Source of the DNA: Antedon mediterranea
Taxonomy: Eukaryota; Animalia; Echinodermata
Assembly: GCF_964355755.1 (NCBI RefSeq)
Contig: NC_092678.1
Coordinates: 3,674,422-3,738,421 of the forward strand
Length of the DNA: 64,000 bases
Direction of reading: 5' to 3'
A model generated the notes under the pieces. The model was given only the letters and a program-made list of their open reading frames with translations. It did not search any database and was not told the origin of the DNA. Made by a program: the position numbers and the translations under genes. Shown here one piece after another: positions 25,910 through 40,284 of the stretch; position 1 is the stretch's first letter, and each line of letters starts with the position of its first letter.

Positions 25910-28900
25910 CATATTTTGTTATTTTTAATACATAATATAAATATTCCAAGTATTCCTAACCAAATTAATGAAAAAATAAAGATTCAAAATAATCTTAGGT
26001 GACATTAAAATGGTAAAACATTTGTTTAAGAATTATTTTTTTAAAGGAGGACAATTTTAATAATTTTGTAAATATCAAAACCACACAATTTTATTTTTTT
26101 GTTAAACTTTCTCATATAAAAAGCAGTATGTACTTACTAATTACTAACTAACTAAGGTCATGAACAAACAACAATAATCAATTCTATTAATATACGGGAA
26201 ACCGCAAATTTGTAGGGAAAAAATAGATTTTATAATGTTTCCTACACTATACTCTACAACTCATAATATCTAATTATTAAAAATAAAAATATCTATAAAT
26301 ATCTGATGGCAGATAAATTAAGGCTATATTAAGGTTGTGTGTTAAACATTGCATTACAATTACAGTATATTTAAGTTTAAACAAACTTTCTTTTTTTGGT
26401 TAAAAATTCTAAAAATATCATTGCCTTGTTCAGGTCAGATTATAGGATTAGTAAGGCTCCAAATAACCCTAACCAGTATGTAAATTAATGTGCAACAAGA
26501 AATATGCATAATCTGAAATGAAGAGATAAGGGCAAATTAAACTTTATGAAAACTTTGACCAAGTAACACTGCTACTGAATTTTCTAATGGACTGACCAAT
26601 TGAGTGACTGACCAATTTATTGACCGATCGTGAGTTAACCAATAAAGAGGTGTCCTAACATCCTCTGAGCTTCCAGAGGAATGATGATTGAAATTTGTTA
26701 AATCACTCGTCCTTGATATTGTGTTGAAATACTCAATGTATTTAAATTTATTTGTAGTTTTTATTAATTAATTATGATAGTAAGTGTCAATAGACTGATG
26801 AACGAATTAAATAAATAAATAATGATTATATAACATGCCAACCAAGCCAAGAATACTCTATAGTACAGTGAGTTAGGGAAAATATATAGATAGAAAAAAA
26901 GGTTGAAGATAAAAAGTGGAATGAGGGAGAAGGAAGGGGCTGGGTTTGATATTAAATTTGAAAGGATTCAACTCCATATTTTACAAGAATAGTTGGACAC
27001 AAAGATACTAGTAGTGTACCATGTGACTTTCTAAAAACTGTGAACAGAATGTCGTATGAACTCTTTATATATGTATATATTTATATATGGCTCTAGTTGA
27101 AGAACTTGATGTTTCATTAAATTTCATTCATTACACATATTGTTTATTTAAATTAGTTACGTTTCTTTAAATATAACAATATCTTATTTCTACTAATTAT
27201 TATTACTTTTTTTTTAAATTGTACATTTTAATTTCTTAGAAGTCCCATCCTAACTGAAAGTTTGATACAGGTCAACTAACAAGTTCATTATCTCTAGATT
27301 CTTTGAAAAAATGGAAGGAACAACTTTTAATTTTGATAATCATTGTTAGTACCTATTTCCTAAATTAATTAAAAAGAATTAAAGTAAAATTTTATATCGC
27401 TTTTCAAATAGTTATACAAAAATCTAGAGTCATATGTTCACATGCGGCACTTGCTGTAATGTTCTATTTTTATAATCATGTTTATAAATAGTAACAGCGG
27501 TGCTCAAAATAGACGCCATGTAATAACGTGTGTTGTATCTTTTACATGTGGTGGTGATCAGGCCACGAGTATGGTTGATGAGTTTGCAAATTCTGTTCCT
27601 CTATGTTGTATGATTCATAAAGCATAATAATAAAATTATTTTATGATTTTCGAAACATTAAATCAACCATTTCACAAATGGAGAAGATTTCCTTCTGTTT
27701 TTTAAACAGTTTTTTAGGAACTTATTCACAGATATCATCTTGATGTCAGAATTTGTACAATACTACTTTTTCATGCAGTTGTTTATTGTTAAAAATATGT
27801 ACATTAATAAAAATAAAATCAATTTCATACATTCCATCAAATTTACAATATCTGAAGCATATCCAGAGCATAATGATGTCTTTGACACCTTCCCAGTAGA
27901 GCGGAACAACAAAAACCACTAGCGAACCCAAGAGTACAAAAAGACATAACATTCACATAATGAAAAAACATGAAGATGGTCCAAAGTAATTGGCCACTTA
28001 GGACAGTAATGAGAACATTCATAGTACTTCACTGATGTTTTAAATACTTTAAAGTCCCTATTCAACTAATTTAATTATAAATAAATACTTTTGCATTAGT
28101 TCAAGTTCTGATAAACCGATTTTAATCTAAAGAAAAAGAAGAAAATTTCTAGAAAAACATTTTTTTCTCATAAGTCTGATTATAAGACAATGATCTTGAA
28201 CTAAAATCAAGATCAAGATTTGAACCAGTACCCTAGAAATGATAGGCAAACGTCATGTTAACCACCAAGTGCCACTAAACAAAAAGAAAATACTACTTGT
28301 TACTGTAGCCAAATTAATCGGGAAAATAATTGTTAATAGTAAATTTCCGTAGGAGTATAACTACCGTAATAATTTTGTACTTTTGACTAGAAAGTAGAAG
28401 TAAAAGTTCAATATTTTTTCCCTCTATTATTTTGTTCTAAACTGATAAGATGTTTCAACATAAAACATGCTGTTTGAAAATGAGCAACGCAACATACAGT
28501 GACTATAGAAAAGATTAGAATGTCTTATCATTCGTCCCTAATGATCTCGACAATTTATTGAAATTCTGCACATGTACAGAAAAGCAAACGTTGTGCCAAT
28601 TTGAATAAACTGTCTTTAATATTTTTAAATTTAGGAACTATAAATTTGTTGTTTGAAATATTACGAAGTATAGGCCTACAATACATGTATAATAAACCAT
28701 TATATCATACTTTCACCTCAACTACTTAAATTCAAAATACAATTCACCAGAATGTTAAAGGCAGCTTGTAAGAGCAGGTTTAGTTAAGTAGTTTTTCAAT
28801 TCAAAATTATAAATAGTCATCTCAAAGTAGCTACACATTAATGGGACCATAAGCTTGGGACTTTAAAATTAGTAACAAGACGAGCTAAAAATAACCACAA

Positions 28901-29402
28901 CCAATCACAAGGTTATTGACTGTCAAAAGTAATTGGAAGGTGCACGCGTGATTAAGTGCCGGATTATGCGAGTAGACACGGATTTCAGTCCGCACTTGTC
29001 CCTTCTTAGATAGATCTAACCATAACTTTATAGTCAATAATCTAAAATTAAATGTATGACTTTTTTGATCGATCCAAGGATGTCGACCGCCAGAAGAAAA
29101 ATGAGGTTAAAATCACGATCAAGTGCTAGATTAAAAAGCTGGTGGGTTTGAACCCTACACCCATCCACTAATATGATATAAAAACCTTGACTTTCTTAAC
29201 TAATGATGAACAAAATTAGTAAGGTTCCAATTTGTCATGTACTGACCATGAGTCACACACAATGATTCAGTATAGTTATACTTTCTCTGTAGACCAACAA
29301 GTCTACAAGATGTTTTGTGACAGACAAGCATTCACTGTTATGTCACGTTTTCTATTGATGACAAGCAGGTTACAGTACCGTTGTCGTGTGCGTTCTTTAT
29401 GG

Positions 29403-29533
29403 TTTTTAGTCACATGCAACATGACTCTACATCTCACTATATCGGTCAGTTTATCGGTCAGTTGGTCGGTCGGTCGGGCGTGCGGTAAACACTAAATTGA
29501 GCATCTGACTGCAGCCATGTATATGGCCTTGTT
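29403..29533 (+). mobile_element. Short DINE-1/HINE-like element, copy 1
   Basis: TTTTAGTC 5' end with inner inverted repeat, (GGTC)n microsatellite, and 3' hairpin GCCATGTATATGGC followed by CTTGTT. Homologous to 47141-47239 and 51689-51806. Confidence 0.75.
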
Positions 29534-30821
29534 ACCAATTGATTCTATATAAAACAGGTGAATCTACCAGGACTTTTCTCTAAGAACCTCTATCCATCAA
29601 ACCAAGAATTTGTTCCTCAAATCATATAGTACCTTTTTTTTATAAAATGTTATATTTTATTTTTTTAAGGTTTAGTTACTTATTTTTATGTTCACGATTT
29701 GAATTTACAATTCTAATTACTTGGTACAGACACAGAGGTCCTAACCTTTAGGAGTTTAAATATATCTAAATTGCGCATCAATGGTTAAGCTTTTATTCTG
29801 TGAAAAAATTCTAAAAATATGTTTATCTTAAAGGAACAATGATATTTAAACAATTTTTATAAGCACTTTTAGTCTGCGGTTAAATGCAAAGATTTAACTA
29901 ACGAATCGTTCTAAAATTAAATTTATCACATACGTAATATGTAGCAGATTTTATTCTTGAAATTGATCCAATTTTAAGTAGTAATAAAGAATATAGTTCA
30001 TTTATAAACAAAATAATTTGTATTTGAAGTTTTTTTTTTAAAGAATTGGAGAGCCACGGAATAGGAGACTATGTAAGCTAAACTAGATAACTTTAAGTAT
30101 AGCAAATGTAATATCGAAGAAAGCCCTGAACACAATGCTAAGGCATTACACTTGTCCTTTATTGACTTCTGACCAATTTGCTGTAAACAACAAACAAAGA
30201 CAAACAGAAAATATAAACCAGTTACATAGTAGCCTGCAATAGTCAGGTAGTAATATAACATGCCTAACATACAGCTGGTAAAATGCCTTTTTCTTGTTTC
30301 ATATTTATTTTGTGATATCTTAAATTTTCAGCACATCCGATGAAAATAACAGAAAGCAGAACATTGCGCTGCAAACATTGATTTTTCGGATAACAAATGT
30401 AAACCACAACAAGCTAGACTGATTCCTGTTCTATATAATCGTTAAAGAATTAAATAGAGAATAAACAAATCAAACTGAATTTATTTTTAGAACATTTTAA
30501 GAATGAACCGAAAGTAACATTCAAACAATTGACGTATGTCTTTGAAATGGAAAACTACAAAGCAGGAATATTTGAGTAGTATCTGCACAAGTACATTAGC
30601 AGCAAATTCATATATGATACAGAATATCCAGACAACACCTGTATACAAAAAGAAACAAAAGCACAAAGCATACTTCTAACAGGGAGATGTTATTTCTATC
30701 CAAAATAATTTTCATCCAACCAAAAGTTCCTGATGCATTTAGTTGCACTTTAGATGCACTAAAGTTCTCCCATCATGGTTAAACTTTTTCCACACAGACT
30801 AAAATTTCTCTCCTCACTTTT

Positions 30822-30996
30822 AAGCTTGGGACCCACTAGCGATGCAACATAACATAACCTACGCAACTTGTTTGCCCCCGTCTGCATGAAATCAAACCTG
30901 CAATATTTGCAGCACTGTTACGTCGTTTGTGTTTACTCAATACAGCACTTTGCATTGATAGGTTTCTGCGTTGCGTTCCAGTGGGAACCACATTTT
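30822..30996. mobile_element. Degenerate MITE, possibly PIF/Harbinger-like
   Basis: Imperfect TIRs TGGGACCCACTAGCGATGCAAC and the reverse complement of GTTGCGTTCCAGTGGGAACCA, with T/A flanks. Confidence 0.5.
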
Positions 30997-31867
30997 AAAG
31001 TTGTTCTACCCAGGTACTTCTTTAACCTAGGTAAACTTCCTTTTCCTAGGCGAAAGTTTTCAAATCCAGAATAAAGGTTCTTTTATCTAAGTAGCGAAGC
31101 TTACTTTACAACTAGCACCCACTCCAAAAAGCTTCAACTCAGTTAAACGTTTCCACTCACCCCAAATGCTTTTTCACCCACCCTATGCTTTGCGTTTCTA
31201 CCTTTCTATATTAGTTATTGGAATGAAAGACATAATTCTTATTATTAGGAATAATATTTTAATAAATATTATGTACATCAATTACAAATGAATGATGGGA
31301 TATAGCACAGAATATGAATCATTGCGAGGACAAATTTTAAGTTGTGCTCTTCAAGCATGTATATAAGCGATCCAATATCAATACTATAAGGTTTAACATG
31401 CCACTATATCATGAAGACCATGAAAAGTAAATGATAAATAAGCATGGAACTATAATGTTCTGATAACAAAATAAAGCCATGTGATTGGTGGAAAGTCATG
31501 CAGGTTCTGGCCAATAACAACACTTGATTTATTACATTATACAAAAACAAGGTAGTGAATAGATGAGTGTGAAATGTGCAAGATACTGAATGAAGTGTAA
31601 GTAATGATAAAAAATGACAAATATTATTTCAATAATTTAGTTTTAGACCATCACTTAGATATTCCAGAGGAAAGGGATTAAACGGGCAAAAAAAAAAACC
31701 TGTATTGAAATGAATAAAGCATATTAGGTGTGATCTTGAAAATGAATGAACCATTACCACATATCGTGATAATGCCATACTTATGTGCCGTATTATGGTA
31801 ATTAATTAGCTGGTGTTGATTATAAAACATTGAAGAACAAGCCACGATGTCGTGCGAAATCACTTAC

Positions 31868-31897
31868 CCACGTCGTACAGTTTGAATGGTCCAATTT
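31868..31897 (-). CDS. Syn: Candidate alternatively spliced synapsin microexon (30 nt, KLDHSNCTTW)
   Basis: Minus strand reads attttttgttttttaaccag|AAATTGGACCATTCAAACTGTACGACGTGG|gtaagtg. Both splice sites are strong, the length is a multiple of 3, and it is stop-free in phase 0, the phase of the host intron. Confidence 0.55.
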
Positions 31898-34800
31898 CTG
31901 GTTAAAAAACAAAAAATATTTCAATTTTTTCCAGGATTTTTACAGTTATTTTATAATAATTTTGTTATTTTCAAAAGTATTTTTTAATATAAGCGATAGG
32001 TAGAAGCTGTTTTTGAAGCTGCCAATTTGTAATGTAATAGTATGACAGGTATGTATGGAAAGGACGATGGGAAAATAACATGCTAGGTATTAACATTTGC
32101 AAAATAAATGATGGGTGGCAGGAAGGGAATGGTTAGCCACCTTTTGTATTTTCATAACAAAAGGAAAGACAAAAAAGGAACAAACATGTGAACATTGAAA
32201 AAGTGGGTACGCACACCAAAATATACATATACATATATACATATAGCAGTTTATTTACTTAAATATCTATCAAATTTGATTCTAAAAATTTAATTTCATA
32301 GTACACGATATTTACAAGACAAGAAAACTTAAGTAATTTAAAGCATCGAAATAGCACAGAGTGGGTTTTAAACTATCGGATCTAGACAGGAAGGTAGGAA
32401 ATTTAATAATAATAATTTAATATTTAATAATAATTACCGTTTGACAGATGAGAATTTAATTGATGACCATTGAATTATAATCTTATTTTCATTTAATTGT
32501 CTTTTTTAAATAATTGCGTGCAAAAAAAATTATATAGGTCGCTGTGAACTAAGTCTTATTAAGAGCCACAAGGGCGATAATTTCCCCCTTGCGGATTTCT
32601 TATAAACCTCTTTCTTAATGCACGTGAAAATGCTGGATTTAAAATGGTACAATGACCAGACCACAAATCTATAAAATTAGATAGTAATCCTACAGTTTAA
32701 AAAATAATTGTAGTAAATGAAAATAAGTACCCTTCTTCTTACGTCGAGACCTAACTTAACAATATTCACTCCAGAATATAAACATCTTTAAAATTACATA
32801 CAGAAAAACCAAATCTAATAATTATAATTTCGTCTTAATTTAAATTTTGGTGGATGCCTTATATTTATAAGTACACGTTCTGTAACTACTTCTATAACTT
32901 TTGCTTTTACCGGAATGATGCGGTTTTTTTAAAATAAAGCAAGGAGTAGGCTTTACATGTTTACACCCAATATATAATTACTTCTTCTGGTCGTCATCGC
33001 GATTCTGGTAACTAACTAGTATTTAACTTCCTCCCACGAAATTGAAACACTGGGGCGACTTTTTCTCATTCTCACAGATTTCCTCATCTTTATCGTTTCA
33101 AATTAATTAATTAAATTTCAGTATATCACCGGGCAGTTTAGAATTAATGTTCTTTGCCTACTGTGTTTATATATATATATATATATGTTCTTTGCCCGAT
33201 TTGTTTATATATATATATATATATATATGCATTAATTGTTTCTCAAAACAAAAGTTAAATTAAAATATTTTAGTCTACCTTGGCAAGGAGAGTTCTATTC
33301 AACATAATTTCCAGGAAAACTAGAAATGAAAGAAATATATAACTGGAACATGTAGACAGTAAAAGCTCACGTTGATGTCCAGTTGGCATACATAATGTCA
33401 TGAGTCTAGGAAGTACAAAACCCACATTTGAAATGTGCAGACAAATCAAAAATAAGCATAATCGTTTCTAGACATTTGAACATTTCACCTATAAAAGATA
33501 AAGAACCAAAAAACCAGAGAAAATTGAAATGGTGACCACACTGATGTCATATTATGTGGAATTCATTTTCGGCAATTGAAATATTCCAGGTTCATCCACA
33601 GAACTGACATAAATAAACTAGATTAAAATGGACATTATGAACATTTTATCTATTAAATATGAAAGCAGAAAACCATAGTAAATTGGAAATGTTACCACAT
33701 TGATGCCATAATATGTGCAAATACAACTACAATTAAATCTTTCCATAAAATAAATAGCTAAAATAAACTAATATGACTAACTAGACTGATAAAATTAACT
33801 TGTTAAAAACATTTAACCATCAGGAATTTAAATGACGTCAACCAATAGAAGCATAAATACATACAAGCTTAATCTGCTGATATAATATAAAAAATTATTC
33901 ATTTATATATTTATTATTTATAAACTATAAGTAGGGCATTAGTGGTACAAAATGTCAAGCCAATTCGGGAAAAAAAAAAAAATTAACATAACTTCTTTAT
34001 AAATGTGAGATCATTAAATTGGTAAGTTTTCCAGTTAAAATGTATTAATTATACATACACCAAAAACACAGTTTTTTACAAAATTAATAATAAATAAGCT
34101 TAATAGTTTTAAACCTTTAAAATAAGAAATATACTTGAAATTAAAAAGAAAGTTTTAAACTAATTGTTGAAGTGTGGGAGGTTTCTACCTACTACCACAG
34201 GATATTAAGCGGTATAGATTCCAACAAAGCGTATCCTCATTACTAATTGGTTTTAACGTACCGTGACAAGCAACAAATTTAATGGTAAAGAGCCTATACA
34301 CGTTTACGTGAATATAACTTAAATGGCACCATCTTCACATTTATGAACCCATTTTCCACAAATTCATAATAATGCAAAATTCAATTAACACTCTTAATTC
34401 CAGCATTGAACAATATTCATGGAAGAAAATAGATTTTATTTTGAGCATCAAGAAGAATGTTTTTGTACACTTAATAACCAACTTGAATTTTACATAATTT
34501 TTTTTACGTTTATAGTTATTTTTTTTGTTCAAATATGGACGACTTAGGAGACCAGTACTTTGAGCAATTTATTTCAGAATGAAGAAAGATTTGTATTGTA
34601 TTGTATGGCTGGTCTTTGCGCATTAGTACATGTAAATTGACCGCATAGTAAAACATAATACTGTAAATTTATCCAAAGTAGATTTTAATTCGTCACTTTG
34701 ACGAAAATTTATCCAAATGATTAGTTGTTGTGGATCATACAAGATTATAATGGATCTCCATTCAATAGGAATTGTCATTTACTGGATTCTTTTAGAATTG

Positions 34801-37800
34801 GGATTACTTGTGCGATGCATATTAATTATTTATCGTGTTCAAATTTTAATATGATTGCAGTAATAAATAAATTTTGTATATACAAAAAAGATTGATTTGT
34901 AATTCGTAATAGTTTATACCAAAATAGAAACTATCGTTACACCTCTTTTTAAGTGTAACTCAATTTTTATTTTTAAAATGTCAGGAGACTAAAAATACAT
35001 TATTTTTACATATGGGAATGATTTCTCGATACTTTCATTCTGTGCTTGTTGCATGTAAAACATAATGGCCAATACCTGTCTAACTTTGTTCAATATCCTA
35101 AATCGTGTCGACACTTAAAAAATATTAAATTTATACTTGATTTTTCACATGTACGATTTTGTCTAGACGGTGGTTAGTCGGTGGGATGGGGATACGTTCA
35201 CGGAAGTTAAAAGTTTGCTTCAAAATTGTGAAAAAGTTAGAAATGTGTATGCTTACTACCAAATAAGGCAATATTGAGTTCTAAATTAAGAACATATCTA
35301 TGGGATAATTATTTGTTTCTTTTCTATTTATATCAATTATAATTATTGCTGATAAAATTCTGATATGTCATGAACTCATTGAAAACAGTCACATAGTCAT
35401 TGAAAACTCCCACCTCCCTTTTCCAATACCACCCCTGCACAGCTAAGATTTACTTATTTCAAACAATCTCTAGTCACAACCTTGATGAAAACAATGTTCT
35501 CCAACCCTGTTTTTTTTTTGCATGTTCCAAACAAGCAAACTATTTCAGAAAATATTGTTAGTTGAATTAAGACTCTACACATTACTATACAAACTAAATT
35601 GTATTAGGTAAAAATTGATACAGTTAAAAATATAGGCGTTTCAAATCACAACTTCCTAATATATTCCAATTAAAAATGCTTTTTTCAAAAGTGCAACAAA
35701 AAATATAAACCATAGCCTTTTCAAATTGTTCAGAAAATGACTCTCTTTGTTTAACTTACTAGCGTAAAAACGCAAATTCACTAACAACTACAGTATTGCT
35801 TTTATCGTTTGAGCCGCGAAAATCCTCAACATACGTTGGCCAACAGCCGTCTAGGGAGACTCAAATCCCACAGCTTTGCTGTTCGGACCAACAATTCATC
35901 AATACAACAATATCTACTGAAAAACAACCACATCAAATGCAATAATCCATGTTTTAAATTTAACTTTTTCATGTCCGAATGTTTTCAGTGTCATTAATCT
36001 AAAAGTGTCACTTTTTGGCGTCTACATGTCCTTAGTGCAGCAATGCAATGATGTTCATTTTTAGATCTTTCTAAATTGTTTAAATTTAACCTTTTTATAA
36101 TTCATTGGAGAATTGTTTAAAAAAAACAATGCATTTATTATGATGGCAATAAACAGTACTTCATTTATTAAATTTATAATTATATCAAAAATGAGCAATA
36201 TTATGTTTTCCCATAATATTTTCACTATATAAAATATGGCTTCATAATGGAAGTACTGTAAGCGGGACTGTAAGGTGAAGGGATGAGATTTAACACACCC
36301 ATGAACACTCATATAGAATCATACCGTGTAAAGTTTTATCAACTTGGGGTGACAGTATCTTTCTCAAGGGCATATGGCATGTATAATCTGATTCTAAAAA
36401 AATTATATTTATCAATAATATCAACCACATATAACCTTGTATGCCAGTATGTCTGTAAGTCTTCTGAATGAAATGAAATTGATTTTTATCATTGCAAGCT
36501 CCCTTGAATTGTGGTAAAAACCTGTCTCCATTACAGTTTGCTATTAGGGCAGAAAATATAAATATGTTTCTGAAAGATGACATAAATAATGTTGCCTAGA
36601 AGTGAAACACATTATTTTATTCCTACTGCACCTTTTTTTTATAATATCAACACAATGCTCACACAATCATAGTCACAATAGGATTTTTAATGTTTAAAGT
36701 TCGTGAAATTACACAAAAAACAAAGACAAAACTTCTTTAAACAAAACTATATTAAACTGTCAAAAATAATCAAATAAAAAATAACTAGAAAAAAACAAGA
36801 ACATGAAACAGTAGAACAAGGTCATTGAGAAACAAAAATGGCATCTTTTAAAATTTACAACTTTACTTAAATTTAAGATTTTCAAAATAAAAATGACAAA
36901 ATATCTATATTTCTTTTTAAAGAAAGATGTTTCAAATAGAATTAAGTAGACCTTAGGTCTAGACTACCAGAAATAGCAACAGAAATATTCACGAGTTAGT
37001 ACTTGTGTCTCCCTTAAACAACTGGGGAGATATATATCTGATTTAAGAAACCACCTTAAACTAAGTTCAATATTTTAATTTAAGAGCTGATTAAAACTAA
37101 ATTTAGATTCTGTGACTTAAATATGGAAAAATAATTCAATCTATCTTAGATGTGGGACAAAGTTTTTCCTCCCTCCCTTTGGTAGAACTAAAAATTATAT
37201 ATAAAAAATGTGAATAAATCACTGCATTATTAAATAACTTTAAAAGCTAAGCAAATATTTACTTATCCTTTGTTGTTATCTTTACTTTTTTTTAAATGTC
37301 AACAGTTTCAGAGGGAGATGTAAAGTACTTTTTTCTTATCTCTTGTTTCAAATTTAGATTATTTACCAGCTGATACGTTTGGAAACTTTCATAAATTGGA
37401 ACTTCACATAGATACATATAGGGCCTGTTTCTATTGAAAACTAAAAAAAGAACGTTTATTTTGGAAACCGGTTTCGGCAGTTTACTCCGAAAAAACAACT
37501 GTTTAAAAGCTGCCATGCATTCATAATTAATAGAGGATGAACAAAACAAATTGAAGTATTAATTGTATTGAAAAATAATTTTGATAATCAAACATTCAAG
37601 TTTAATACATTAAAATGTAAGATTACAGATTTTGAGCATCATGAGCAGGAGGATAGTTCCTACCTCTCCCACCCACTGTCCTAATAAAAGTAGACAGTAG
37701 TTCCCATGACTGTGTGTTATATGGAACCCATGTGGGCCTATCATACCGCCCTCTGCCTAGACCAATAAACCACTGTAAAGAAAATCCTGGCAGTTCTGAA

Positions 37801-40284
37801 CTTTAAACACTAAAAATTGTTCCATGTTTTCCTAAGCTGTAGGTTTCCTACCTCCACCCATGACGTCACAAACACCAGGAAGCATTATGTGGTTTCAATA
37901 GAAAAGGTTAATTAATGAGTGTATTATTATATAAAAAAAACCTGTTATATTCGTGGGTTTAGATAAACATTGGCAAATATTATAAAACTACAGTGTGACA
38001 TCATGATGACAATGATGAAAATGATGATGACACAGAGAACCTACTACCATTTCTGGGAATCTTTAATCCAGTTTAAACAAAGCGTGCTGGTCAATGGGTC
38101 ACAATTAATGGTCATATTTCCTATCACTGGAAAAATACTTTTATTAAATAAAACATATTTAATATCAAAATATAGTATTTGTATGGTTAACTAGGCCTAC
38201 AGTAAACAATTATTTCTAACAATGCAACAGAAAGTACAGGTAGTAAAACCTGCTTTTTATTAAACCATGTGTGTCACTGTATCTGGTTCTATTTTGTCGT
38301 TGACACATATCGCCAGACAAAAACACAACAACATTCCAAACATGCTTCTAACAAGGCAAGTGTATGTTCATACACTGTTTCCAGTAATAAAAATAAACAA
38401 TAAAATGTTTTGCAGGTGGTAAAACCGCAAACCTCAGTATTTGTGGGGGAGAGTGAATTTTTGACGTAACTTACTCATTAATAAATTGTTTTCTGATTTT
38501 GTTTATTCTTTATGTAAACAGTAGAAATTGCAATGTACAAAATAAAACTGCTAAAAAAAAAAGAGGAATTGTAGTTTTGTTTTGTAGTTGTAAACTTTTG
38601 TAGTTAGATGCTAAAGTGACTATTACATAATACTACAGTATATAATAATTGACAATAATAATATTGTTTTATTTATTTTATAAAAATCGCTTTCACTTTA
38701 ATATGCCCAAAGACTGAACAGTAATTTGTCAGATTTGGGTCAATCTCCAGCCAGTACCCTAATGGTAATTACACCTAATGAAAACAAACGCAAGGTTGTT
38801 GTTGATGACATCAAAACCTATCAGATGACATCACAAATAGTGACATCTTTGGTGACATCACAAGTGGTTACCACATGGTTTAGCTGAAAATTAATTAAAT
38901 AATTTTTTGTTCTGCTTTATTAGAGATTTAATATTAATTTTAAACTAAAACCTAAACTCAATAATATATAGAAAAATATATAGTTTTTTATATTTAGAAT
39001 GGAACAGTAGAGTTTTATCAGGGAGGTATACCTCTCTGGTTTTATGATGGATATATTGAGCATCGCACACAACACATTGGTGGTCATAATAATAATAATA
39101 ACTTTATTGAACAGACGTATTTAGAACAGCGGCACACGTTTTATGACGGTGCGTTCATAAGTTTAAAGAAAAAGAAAAGGAAATGAATTATACAATAGTG
39201 AAAAAGTACAACACTTAACTTTTGATAGAGTTATAGGCCTATATAAGTATATTTATTTATTATTATTATTATCAACATTATTAATATCTTATTGTTTAAA
39301 GAAATTTTATTAGGCTATTATTGAGGATATTATTAAATTTATAATCTTTTATATTATTTATTATTATTTTATTATTTATGTTCTTGTTAATACCGTATTA
39401 TTATGAAAGTTAATCGTGGTTTGTAATTTATTTACAGTGATACTATTTTTTTATTATTTAAGTTTGTATTTTATTAACATTTTTATCTTAGAACAATCAT
39501 GATTTATGTTTTGAGAGTTATAATGGATATAAATTTTTAAGAAGAAACCTCCATGTCAACCTTGAGGTCATGTTTCCTCAAATCTTGTACAATTCCATGT
39601 AAAACCAATATCTTCAAGTAGGTCAATAACAGGAAAGCCTATGGAAAATGAAGTTTCCTTAAGGATTAGTTTGTTAAGATGGGCCTTATTGTTCCTGATT
39701 TGTGGCTTTTGTTTAGTTTTGGTTTTAATTGCAATCAAAGTAAATGTACTCAAAAACTTTTGTAAGATGTTTGCTTAGAAAAATTGCTAAAGTTTTAGAC
39801 AGTGTTTATTTCAAAACATAAGATTGTTCTTCAAAATGTTTGGAAGTATAAGCCTATTTCTGTTTGTATGCAATTTAATTTTCTGGGTGTTGAGGTCATA
39901 ATCAGGCACCTTTCAAAGAAAACCCAAACAATTCTAAAGTATTGGTAGATAACAAGAGGATGTTAAAGCCATCTACTACTTTAGCCAAAAGGTTAAAAGT
40001 TAAGTAAACTTCATAGGAGAAAAAACAGGGAAACTCTTTTATTCTTATCAAACTTTCCCTTTTTTTTCTTTCTATTATTGTTGCCTAGAATCCCTAATAA
40101 ATAATATCTTAACTTGATGATGATAATAATATATGGTCTAGTGTTCTTAATAATATTTTATTTCTGAGAAACTATTTTATTTAAACTACCTGTGTATGCT
40201 TTTAATGAGGATAAATGCTCCCAAGTGCACAGGTTTAATTTTCCTTATAAGGGATAAAGAAATTCTCATGTCAAAAATAATTGG

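Noticed and set aside
38040-38110. Minus-strand ...GAA ATG|gtag resembling the end of the upstream synapsin exon (KEM)
   Set aside because: An in-frame TAA lies five codons upstream of the ATG and there is no FPLI/YPNH similarity.
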